Shown piece after piece: positions 10,262-20,500 of a stretch of DNA of 64,000 nt. The notes beneath the pieces were generated by a model. It did no database searches. It was not told the origin of the DNA and saw nothing but the letters and a program-made list of their open reading frames with translations. Numbering within the stretch: position 1 is the stretch's first letter; each line of letters starts with the position of its first letter. Source of the stretch: an uncultured Gammaproteobacteria bacterium (lineage in GTDB: Bacteria > Pseudomonadota > Gammaproteobacteria > JBGSLN01); NCBI GenBank assembly GCA_963748135.1, contig CAVVHY010000012.1, positions 24,390-88,389 on the forward strand, in the 5' to 3' direction. Both the position numbers and the translations under genes were made by a program.

Positions 10262-10449
10262 TCAGGTCTTTCATCATAGCGTTTTGCAACTAGATGGGGT
10301 CAGGTGGCTGCCAGACAGCAATGGTGTCAGATCACTCATAATAACATCTTATAAACTATTAGGACTAACAGGGATATTCTTTTATTAACTTCAAAAATAG
10401 CAATGACGTGACCCTTGTCAAGTTCAAAACGCTATGATGAAAGACCTGA
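10262..10449. repeat. 188-bp element bounded by a perfect 25-bp inverted repeat (GGGGTCAGGTCTT-related REP/MITE)
   Basis: TCAGGTCTTTCATCATAGCGTTTTG (10262-10286) is the reverse complement of 10425-10449. Internal ATGGGGTCAGGT. Confidence 0.7.
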
Positions 10450-10669
10450 CTCCATTCTTCCATTCAGTTCGTGCTTTGAAGTGCTTAAATCCTGATTTTT
10501 TATGTCATATTGCCTGTGAGTAATATTCATGGTTGTTCAATAGTCACAACTATGTATTGATCTTAGAACAGTCCCACCAATATATCCTTTTATAGTTTTG
10601 AGAGTTTGATACACTAATAATGTCTTACCAGTTTTTGATGCAGTTGCTTCAATAAGTAACTTTTATCAT

Positions 10670-11826
10670 TTAAGAGAACTCAACCGAAACTATTTTATTT
10701 TTTCCTGCTCTCTTCGCTTGATAAAGTGCATTATCAAGAGTTACTTCTATATTATCCATTTCTGGTATAGAATTATAGGGAATATGTGCGACACCCATGC
10801 TTAATGTTACTTTATCAAACACTGCGCGCACATCAGCAGCGTTGGCTTCATTAGGCGGTCTAATCGATTTAAATTTCTTTTGGATTTTAGTACAAAGTGT
10901 TATTACATCTGGCAAAGTCATGTTAACAATAATAGCACCAAATTCATCGCCACCAAAGCGAAACACTTTATCATTGGAACGCCGTACTGATGCATTTAAT
11001 AATTCAGCAGTACAAATTAACAATTTGTCACCATAGGGATGACCAAAAGTGTCATTAACCAGTTTAAAATTATCTATATCAATAGATACTATATTTACAG
11101 GATATTTATTCCGCCTTGCTCTATTACATTCATCTTTAAAAACCATTTCAAACCTACGTCTATTGTAGAGTCCAGTTAATGGGTCGGTAATAGACAAAAC
11201 TTTTAACTCATTAATTAAATGTTCTTTCTGCTTAGAGAGCTCATATATTTGATATGCCAATTTCTGATTCAATTTAGCGGTAACGATAAGCATTACAATA
11301 AATAGTAGAAATGTGGTTGCTAAAATAGCTTTATCAAAGTTCATTAAATAATAATGGGAAGAAACATAGGAAATATATATGCATAATACGCAGGCATATA
11401 TACCGACAGTGAAGCGATAGCTCCTGCGCACATGCCACCAAACACCAGGATAATAATAAATTCCTGTAAATCACCCAAAAATGGTAATAATAAAAGATAA
11501 CAAGAGCTCCACACAACGCCTATTAATAAGGTGGATAAGAAAAATTTTAATACATTATAATATGCGGTTTCATTTGCCTCTTGCTGCTTTTGCTTAATCA
11601 GTTTTTTATTATGTAACCATCTCCCTAGGCTAACAAATACAATGCAAAGCCACCAAATAATGACTCTAAATGGAGACAAATCATTATAAAGCAAATCAAT
11701 TGCTAATAATGTGGCCACTAAAACATTAAAGGGTATAGTCCGATGCGAACCCTCAATAAGCAATTTGTATGCCTCTTTTTGCAATTTAAAAATATTATTT
11801 AATTTCATATTTTGAGTATAGTGCAT
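10670..11826 (-). pseudogene. Membrane-anchored GGDEF diguanylate cyclase split by a frameshift near 11345-11360
   Basis: TM domain ORF 11344-11826 overlaps GGDEF ORF 10670-11431 (DPLTGLYNRR, DIDNFK, RFGGDEF intact). The break lies in an ATT/TAT microrepeat. Confidence 0.8.
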
Positions 11827-11927
11827 TTAACAGTCTTATTCACATTAAGATAATAAATAACCAGATCAGCTTGGATGTTAGTATAAGCATAGAAAGAATG
11901 TCGAACAACGAGGTCGCGCGGAACAGG

Positions 11928-12007
11928 AACAGCGGGGTCGGATTTTGAATTGCCGCATTTTGTATAAAGCTTGGATGAATACGCTTATCATTTCAAAGAC
12001 TGACCCC
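11928..12007. repeat. 5' fragment of the ~225-bp MITE family
   Basis: AACAGCGGGGTCGGATTTTGAATTGCCGCATTT...TCATTTCAAAGACTGACCCC. Confidence 0.6.
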
Positions 12008-12199
12008 GATGTTCGTTGCTCTATATCCAATCCTGCACATGGAAATTAGGCAAGAGCTCCTACAGAAGAGATAATTAGAATTAACTTGCTAAATAGGCCT
12101 TTTATAGTGATATAATTATCACAAGCATTGCACATTCGTATCATTTATTAAATCGCCATTTGTAAGCGCTATTTAAATTAATCATTGATATAGGCGAGT

Positions 12200-12699
12200 T
12201 TGATGTTAACAAAACTAATTGGCATAATTTTATTATTTTTCGAGCACAAAGCAAACAAATTAAAGGCCAAGGCCACACTTGCAACATTCAAATATTCGGG
12301 TCAAAAAAGCCGTATTAGATGGCCATTCAAGACTGATGGTGCTCAGTTTATCAATCTTGGAAAGCAGTGTTATATGGGCTTGAATGATTGGTTACTTTGT
12401 ATTGAGCAAAATAACCAAGAACTTTTTAAGCCTGAAATTACGATTGGTGACAACACCTATATTGGTAATAATTGTCATATCGTTGCCAATAATAGGATTA
12501 CTATCTGGAATAATGTATTAATAGCTGATAAAATCTATATTGCTGATAACGCTCACTATAAAGCGTCCCTGACTACTCGGTTGCAGCTGGGATCCCAGCC
12601 AAAGTGATAAAACGTTATAATTCCAAAAGTAAAGTTTGGGAAAGAACCGATAGCGATGGCAAATTTAATGTTCAAGTTGAATTAGCAGACACCCTTTAA
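12200..12699 (+). pseudogene. Hexapeptide-repeat (LbH) O-acyltransferase with internal deletion and frameshift
   Basis: ITIGDNTYIGNNCHIVANNRITIWNNVLIADKIYIADNAH. The C-terminus VPDYSVAAGIPAKVIKRY...ADTL* follows in another frame, and the usual central repeats are missing. Confidence 0.8.
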
Positions 12700-12826
12700 A
12701 TTATATTCGCAATGACATGTTATTCTCCGTTCAAGTTCAGTGTAAGCTTGAATGCTTTACTTTAGAATTTTTACAGCTAAATACTTTTAAATTTTGCTAA
12801 TCATACATCCTTATAAGGAGAAGCAA

Positions 12827-13399
12827 ATGAAAACAGCTTTACTAGTTATCGATTATATAAACGGAATTGTGAAAGGCTTATGCTATGAGTATGTGGCCAA
12901 ATACCCAATTGTAGCGAATACAAATAAATTGATTGCAAAGTGTCGAGCTAATGAAATTCCAGTTTATTTTGTACGCTTAGCCTTTGATGCTAACTATACT
13001 GATTTGCCCAAACATTCTAAAGGATTTAATTATATTAAACAGCAAGGATTGTTTCAGCTTGGTAGTGACAGTTGTGAATTTATTGATGATTTAGACCTTC
13101 AACATGACGATACCATTATAGATAAAACAGCTGCAAGTCCATTTCACAGTAAAAATTTAAAAAATTTATTAACTTCGAAAAATATTGATAAGCTTATCTT
13201 CGCTGGTCTTGCTACGGACAATGCCATTAATATCGGTGTTCGTGAAGCGAATGATGCAGGTTATTTTACTGTCATTGCTGAAGATGCTTGTGGCGCATCG
13301 AGTGAGGATTTTCACAACTGGAGCATTAAAATGCTTGAAAAAATTGCCAATGAGATTATTCCGGTCGATGTGATAATAACTAACATAGATAAAAAATAA
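12827..13399 (+). CDS. Isochorismatase-like (cysteine hydrolase fold) protein
   Basis: MKTALLVIDY, IDKTAASPF, GLATDNAI, VIAEDACG. AAGGAG RBS favours the ATG at 12827. Confidence 0.9.
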   Translation: MKTALLVIDYINGIVKGLCYEYVAKYPIVANTNKLIAKCRANEIPVYFVRLAFDANYTDLPKHSKGFNYIKQQGLFQLGSDSCEFIDDLDLQHDDTIIDKTAASPFHSKNLKNLLTSKNIDKLIFAGLATDNAINIGVREANDAGYFTVIAEDACGASSEDFHNWSIKMLEKIANEIIPVDVIITNIDKK

Positions 13400-13707
13400 A
13401 TAGAATACCTAAAGAGCAATCAAATTAAAGTGTCGCGGCAACCAGGTATTATTAATCAGATTTGTTCAGAGGATGATAATATTTACTTGGTTAGCAGCAG
13501 CGATATCTCAATTGATTGAATGGTCAGTAATCACTTGCAAATTGTCCATATGTCACAACTACTCTTTAGGAATTTTGTGTTAATCTGCTTCAGTGCGACT
13601 TGGCACGCCAGATCATCCGTACTTACTTAACGACGATATGGTTTGAGTTTATGACTCAAATGGCATTATGTGTTTACAACTTATAATATATCCCAAGGGA
13701 AAGATAC

Positions 13708-15990
13708 ATGAGAATTTATAATAAAATCACTTTGCTGTTTTCAATTATATTTATGCTTATTTTTCAAAGTGCCTTAGCCGTTCCAACCACTCTAGGGCAT
13801 CATTTTATTCTAAGAAATGTCAAGTTAAATATTGCTACACCGAATAAAGTCAATATCTATGTCTATCTATTAAAAAATAATAGTAATAGACCCGCGACAT
13901 TTGAAATCAAGCCTGCATCAAATATAATTCACATTAATTCTCGATTGTCTACTTGTAACGGATATTTAGGACCTTATAGTACCTGCAATATTTATCTGAG
14001 TTACGCTGCACCGAAAACTCTAGGTAAGCATAAAACCTACTTAAATATTTCAAGTGCCGGCCAAAATACACGCCTACCTCTGACCTTCAAAGTTAAATCT
14101 CACCATCTTGATACAATGATATCAAAGTCATCTCAACTAACTTGGCATCAGTTAAACAGCCCATCTGGAGGTATAATCAGTGATGTATTTATTGATCCTT
14201 CTAATCCAAAAATAATATATGTAGCTGTATGGGGAGCAGGCGTTTATAAATCTAGTAATGGTGGCAAAACATTTACACATATAAATTCATCACAACATAG
14301 CGTGTATACCCCCGATCAGTTTGCTTATAGCGATGGGTCATTATATCTGCTTACCGATATTGCGCTTTATGTAACTAAAGATGGTGGTGACTCATGGACA
14401 TGGTTATTGTCTAATGGACTTGGTGCTCCAACCATAAATGAGATTGTAGCCCACGATAGTACTTTATATGTTGCGGCTACTAATGGTGTCTATCGCCTTG
14501 TACCAGCAACATCACAACAACCAGCGCATTTGGCCTTAACAGGAAAATTCCATGTGCAAAATGCTGAGATCACATGTGTATTACCACTCGACAATGGCAC
14601 CATATACGCGGGTACGAGTACACACGGTATATACAAATCGACAGATAACGGACACACTTGGCATTCCATCAACAATCGCTTTACAGCAATGAATCGGATC
14701 AATACCTTAATGAATGTTGATGGCACAATTTATATGGGTACTAGCAATTATTCGAGTGACGGCGCAATTTTCAGATCAAGCGATGGCGAACACTTTATAC
14801 GATCTGATATGGGTATCGGGAGTTACGGAGTTAATGTCTTAGCCCATGATCGTAATAGGCTCTATGCTGGAACAGCTCCTTCATTGGATAGCAACGATGG
14901 TGGTGGATTTTTTATTAGTTCTGATGGCGGTCGAACTTGGCAGCCAGGCAATACTGGTTTGGATTATAAGACTGTTAACAGCATAGCTGTCACACCAACG
15001 GGTAATTATCTAGCCACAATGGGTGATCTGTATCAAAGTGTCAATGGAGGTGAAAGTTGGCAGGCAATGGATAATGGTATCGATGGTCAGACTATTAGTG
15101 ATGTACTGTTGACACCCAAAGATACAATATTAGTAGAGACTTTAGAAGGTAGTATCTATTATTCCAAGGATATTGGACTTACCTGGGCATTGGGTAAGGG
15201 TGTCGATGCAATTGGTACTGCACCGATTATCAGTAGCAGACTTGGGGAAACAAAGAGCGGTGTGATTTATAGTGCTACCAATAGCCACCCATTTACATTA
15301 TATATTTCCCGTGACGATGGACAGACATGGATAAAGACATCGCAACTCAAGACACCAATTATAATGATGTCACTGAATAGCCATAATTCTAAAATCTATC
15401 TTGGCACAGCTAATTCAGGTATTTATGTTTCCAGTGACCTCGGTAATACTTGGCAACAGTTGACTACAAAGCCTTTGCCACAAACCATGATCAACATGAC
15501 ATTCATTAATAACATGCTGTATGCCAGTACGGAGGCAAGTGATAATAGTGACTCGATTTATAAAATCCTAGCCTCAGGTGATTCAGATTGGCATAGTGCT
15601 AATGGGAATTTACCACATGGCTTGGGCCCTATTGATCAGCTATTAGGCATTAACGATGGTACAACAAATGGTGTGTTGTACGCTGCGAGTAGTTGGCTGG
15701 TTGGGGTCTCACATAGCGGTCTCTATAGTTCAATTGATGGTGGGATGACTTGGAAATTCCTAAGCGCTCAACTACCACAGAAATACTTCAGTAGTTTAAT
15801 TGTAAAAGGCGATATGATTATTATTGGGTCGCGATATCATGTCTATATCTCTACAGATGATGGCCAGGATTGGCAAGAGGCTGACGCGGGGATAAACCTA
15901 CATATTATGCCACTTCTTAATTTAACTAGTAACGGCAACATGCTTATCGCCAATAGTTTGAGACAAATTTATCAAGCGTCAATAAACTAA
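13708..15990 (+). CDS. Secreted BNR/Asp-box repeat beta-propeller protein with N-terminal Ig-like domain
   Basis: Signal peptide (MRIYNKITLL...SALA). More than 10 SxDxGxTW-type repeats (e.g. STDNGHTW, SSDGGRTW, SSDLGNTW, STDDGQDW). Confidence 0.88.
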   Translation: MRIYNKITLLFSIIFMLIFQSALAVPTTLGHHFILRNVKLNIATPNKVNIYVYLLKNNSNRPATFEIKPASNIIHINSRLSTCNGYLGPYSTCNIYLSYAAPKTLGKHKTYLNISSAGQNTRLPLTFKVKSHHLDTMISKSSQLTWHQLNSPSGGIISDVFIDPSNPKIIYVAVWGAGVYKSSNGGKTFTHINSSQHSVYTPDQFAYSDGSLYLLTDIALYVTKDGGDSWTWLLSNGLGAPTINEIVAHDSTLYVAATNGVYRLVPATSQQPAHLALTGKFHVQNAEITCVLPLDNGTIYAGTSTHGIYKSTDNGHTWHSINNRFTAMNRINTLMNVDGTIYMGTSNYSSDGAIFRSSDGEHFIRSDMGIGSYGVNVLAHDRNRLYAGTAPSLDSNDGGGFFISSDGGRTWQPGNTGLDYKTVNSIAVTPTGNYLATMGDLYQSVNGGESWQAMDNGIDGQTISDVLLTPKDTILVETLEGSIYYSKDIGLTWALGKGVDAIGTAPIISSRLGETKSGVIYSATNSHPFTLYISRDDGQTWIKTSQLKTPIIMMSLNSHNSKIYLGTANSGIYVSSDLGNTWQQLTTKPLPQTMINMTFINNMLYASTEASDNSDSIYKILASGDSDWHSANGNLPHGLGPIDQLLGINDGTTNGVLYAASSWLVGVSHSGLYSSIDGGMTWKFLSAQLPQKYFSSLIVKGDMIIIGSRYHVYISTDDGQDWQEADAGINLHIMPLLNLTSNGNMLIANSLRQIYQASIN

Positions 15991-16297
15991 TTGAAAATCA
16001 AATTATAAGATTTCGAATGAAACGCTTCAAAATTTTTTCTTTTAAAACAATAAATTTAGAGATCTTGCCTATGAATACGTGCTGAAGGTGTGAATATACA
16101 GTAGGTTACAACCTACGCTTAATCCTCTATTCGATTTAACTATTTTGTGCCTATATTCTATACTTTCTTGCTGACATTATTAAAAGATGATTGGAATTAT
16201 AACGAAAAGCTTCAATTACGTGCAATCTGTTGAGCAATTTGTTTGCAATTCAAGGTTAACTAGATATAAAGCAAAATAATTTATGGAAACTCATTGA

Positions 16298-17122
16298 ATG
16301 ATTTTAACATTGGATCAACTTGAGAAAAGTAACTTTTGGCATATCACACCAACAATTAATAAATTGTGCAAACCCCTCTTCGATAAATTTCATATTACTT
16401 ATTTCGACTATGCACGCTTTTATCCCGATAATACATGTTTTTTCTTTTCAAGTGATAGAGATTACATCCGTTATTTTCTTGACAATGCTGACTATAGAAC
16501 ACCACCAAGTGTAGTGAATAGCGGCCGGCATCTATGGACTTCTTATATTGACAACAATTTTTTAGAATCTGTTACGAATAGCTTTCCTTACTACCACGGT
16601 TTAACAACTATTAGAAATCAGCCAGAATATATTGAATTATTTAATTTTTCAGCGCCCAAGAATCATCAGCAAATACTATCAATCTATTTAAATGAAAAAG
16701 CAATTCTGGAATATTTTGTTGTGCATATATTAACACAGCTCGAGACTTTTATTAAGAAAAATAAATATAATCGGATTCGTTTACCCACTCAATTCCAACA
16801 AGTTCAACCAGTCATTAACACTAAGAAATTATCAAATGAACTTTTTAAAACACTAAAAGATTTACATAAAATACGTAAAGGCTCCACACAAATAGAATTA
16901 GATAATCATTTTATTAGTGTAACCAAGCGTGAATTGGAATGTATGTACCATATCAGCAAAGGCTCGAACAATAAAGTCATCGCCAAAGAAATGAATATTT
17001 CTCACCGCACTGTCGAAAAATATATTGAAAAGATACTCAATAAAGTAAAACTTAATAATCGCCATGAATTAATTATGAAAATTGGGCAACATTTTATGTT
17101 AAATTATGCAGTAATTGATTAG
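16298..17122 (+). CDS. LuxR-family regulator (N-terminal ligand-binding-like domain, C-terminal HTH; no synthase nearby)
   Basis: VTKRELECMYHISKGSNNKVIAKEMNISHRTVEKYIEKILNK LuxR HTH. Confidence 0.9.
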   Translation: MILTLDQLEKSNFWHITPTINKLCKPLFDKFHITYFDYARFYPDNTCFFFSSDRDYIRYFLDNADYRTPPSVVNSGRHLWTSYIDNNFLESVTNSFPYYHGLTTIRNQPEYIELFNFSAPKNHQQILSIYLNEKAILEYFVVHILTQLETFIKKNKYNRIRLPTQFQQVQPVINTKKLSNELFKTLKDLHKIRKGSTQIELDNHFISVTKRELECMYHISKGSNNKVIAKEMNISHRTVEKYIEKILNKVKLNNRHELIMKIGQHFMLNYAVID

Positions 17123-17168
17123 ATTAATTAAGTAAATTCATCGTAATACCATATTGATTTCTATTATT

Positions 17169-17490
17169 TTAAGGCTGAATATACTATGCATCAAAAAGCA
17201 CAATTAAAAGCTAAGGAATTGACAACGTTACTTGATTTATTTAAATAACGAGTTCAAGTAATTAGAATCAACTGGCAATTGTTTATAATAGATTGGCAGC
17301 AAAAGAGCCAGGCTCACAATCCATCACGAATAGTCAATCAATGACATCATTGAATTAGAACAACTCAGTAATGCGCTATGTTAATATTTATTAAATACAT
17401 TATGTTGCTAAATAAAATGACTAAGTTTAATAAGCCTATTATTGCAATCTGATTTGAACGCATCCAACCTTATTAGCTTTACGCGTGTAT
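17169..17490 (+). pseudogene. Decayed inverted copy of the 5' end of the NRPS-NB-ARC-TPR gene
   Basis: TTAAGGCTGAATATACTATGCATCAAAAAGCACAATTAAAAGCT...TTACTTGATTTATTTAA aligns with the reverse complement of ~23050-23375. Contains stops and indels. Confidence 0.85.
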
Positions 17491-17579
17491 ACCAATTAAA
17501 TATTAACATAAATGATGAAACAATCATAGAATTAACTAGTCCTAAACTTTATTGTATTCATTTAGTGTCATCAATATTT

Positions 17580-20500
17580 TTAAATACCCAAACTACAATC
17601 CGATGACTCATTTGACTTGATTTTTTCATCATTGATATCATCATCTTGACGTTGAGCATAATGAATCGGACTTCCAGTTCTTACTGCTACTTCTATTGGG
17701 AAGGATTTATCACTAGTTCCTAAATTTATTTTTTTATTTGAAAATTGAGCAAGAATTTTCTTTAATAAAATGGTATTTGGATGTTTGGCCCCAAATGAGG
17801 AATTATTATTAAATGCATCAAATGACTTCTTTAAATACACAAAAGACTCGTTTGTTAATTCTTGTATAGCATATATGAAACCTAGGTTATAATAGCTAAT
17901 CGCTAATGCTGGGTGTACTTGTTTGTCTGATCTAAAAGAAAGCTTCTCGAACAACTCTATTGCTTTTTGAAAATTAAGTTGAGCAAGTTTTAAGGTATTA
18001 CCAGGAATTTGATCTAATGGATTAATAATGTTATTCGGGCTGTAATTAAATATTCGATACGATAAAATTAAATTGTGGAATTGCAGAATCATTGTAGGAC
18101 TATTTTCTTGACAAATAGAATGTTTTGATGAGAGTAGAGTTTCTTTAGTAGCCATCATGTAATAAAGAACGCCAAGATTATTGTTGACAATGGCAAGGTA
18201 CATTGGCCGTCTTGGATTGTCTTCTCTAACTTCTTTACAAAGTTCAAATGCGTTTTCAAAATATTGATGAGCTTTTTCAATTTTTCCAAAAACATAATTA
18301 ATAACACCCAGATTACTTAACATGCCCATTCGCCTTAGCTTTTTGACACCATAGGTCTGTTTATTAAATTTATATACCTTCTCAAATAATTCAAAAGCTT
18401 TATCAAATTTCTTCTCAAAGAAATATAATACACCCGAGTCATTCAATCTTGGATGCATGCTACTATCATTTTCACGTTTACCTTTTTCTTTGAGGTATTT
18501 TATTGTTTGCTTAATTTCGTGTCGCGCAGCGTTATCATCCCCTAGTGAATGGTATACACTAGCCAGGTTAGTAGCTATAATATAACTATAGCTTGATTGC
18601 TGGACTTCATTGAAAACCTCTCTAGCTTCGATAAGTTTGCCACGCCTATAATATGACATCCCTAAGGTATTGCCTCTGGGGTATTTTTCTTGATATTGAA
18701 GTGCTTTTTCATAATATTCATCGGGGGCATCAAAGGGATATAATCCATTATATGCTAGTCGCATATTCGAAAGCATTTTCTCTTTTAATTTATTTAGTTC
18801 TTCACTACTCTCAAAAAGAGCAAACCCCTTATATATTTTTTTACAATATTTTAAACATTCTTCTGGATTAGCCAATAATCGATGAAAGCGGGCATAATTA
18901 ATAAAAATTTCGAAAGTCAAAAGATCAGATGAGCCTGCTATTGGTTTTGTAGAACCTCCTACATCTTTATCATCTACATCACCCAAATTATCTTTAGCTT
19001 CTATATCAGAAAATATAGATAATAAGCTAGTATTTACAGTATTTTTTAACAAATCAAAAGCGGATTCATAATAATATTTAATATTTTTGTGTTCATCCTC
19101 TTGCCTTATAAGCTCACGCGCCATTAAAAGAAAAATGTTAGCAGTCGCTTCTTTATCAAAGAGCACATTTTTTAGATTCATATGTTTTAAATGTCCTACA
19201 AAAACACTTAAATGAGTTAGCTGTAGTTGACGTTGATGGCTACGTAATGTTTTAAAATATTCTATAAATGAAATAATAATTCTTTCTATAAACGTTTTTA
19301 GTTGATCAAGCTCAAAATTATCTTTCACCTTTTTGAGAATAATATCCTGTAATACATTGTGTAGAGAAATAGTGTTTGATTGGGCATTTAAACTCAACAT
19401 TGAATATTGTTCAGCAACTCGAATTGCTTTATCTACTTTAAATTTTAATAAATATTCATTTTTATCCGCAAAAAAGTAAAATAATAAATCTACAGGAATG
19501 TCTTGGCGATAGATAAAAGCAGATAAGTAGAGCAATTCAATCGACGTTTTGGCTTCGTGTTCAATCCTTTTTATGGTAACTTCCCAAGTAATTGCCACAG
19601 GCTCATGATTATCCCCAGAAGGCAGGTCACACTTTTGCATTTCATTCTTTATATTTTCATAAAGCTCCAAATAGCTTTTGACACTTGCATTTTTATTATT
19701 TTTTATGTAGGCACATCCTTGTGCTAAAGATAATGGTAAGTAACCTAGTTTTTCTATAAGTTGTTTCACATATTCTTCTTCAAATTTTTCTTTACCAATA
19801 ATTTGCTGCACATATTGTTTTGCTTCTGAGAAATTAAATACATCAACTTGAATAAGTTTATCTGATGGCCAATTAGTGTAACGGGAAGTTATTAATATTT
19901 TCCCTCCTCTGATAGGATACAAATTTTGGACTTCATTATAATTTGGCGCATTATCAAGTATTATTAACCATCCTTTAGGAGCTTTATTCGTCAACCAATT
20001 TATTACTATACGTGCATTCGATTCGGTATATTCTGCCTTTTTGGAAAGCACTTTTTTCTCTATTCCATTCTCTATTCCATAGCATACATAGTCTTTAATA
20101 AGCGTTTCGCGAGTTCCCGCATCTAACCAAAGGACGTCAGTATGACGATAATTATTATCGTGTACAAACTTTATAGCGAGCTGTGTTTTCCCGATACCCC
20201 CTAAACCATAACAAGCAGATAAAACCATACTATCAATTTCGCTGCTATAAAAATTAATCTTAATTTCTTCTAATAATTGGTCCCGTCCCACAAAATTAAC
20301 ATTTGCAGGGGGCACGTTCCAAATTGAATTACATGAAGTTAATGTAACTGGCATTTTAGAACATTGTAATTGTTCTTGAATGGATACAATATCTTTGCTA
20401 ATGGCTTGTTGAAAATGTTTATTTCTCACTAAATCGATATGTCTAACATTGCTTATAAAGCATGTATTAACAGAAGAGTTAAAGTACTGCTTCCATGCAT

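Noticed and set aside
16101-16116. Palindrome GTAGGTTACAACCTAC as a lux box for the downstream LuxR
   Set aside because: Single 16-bp instance, shorter than and unlike the 20-bp lux box, with no second copy near a plausible target.
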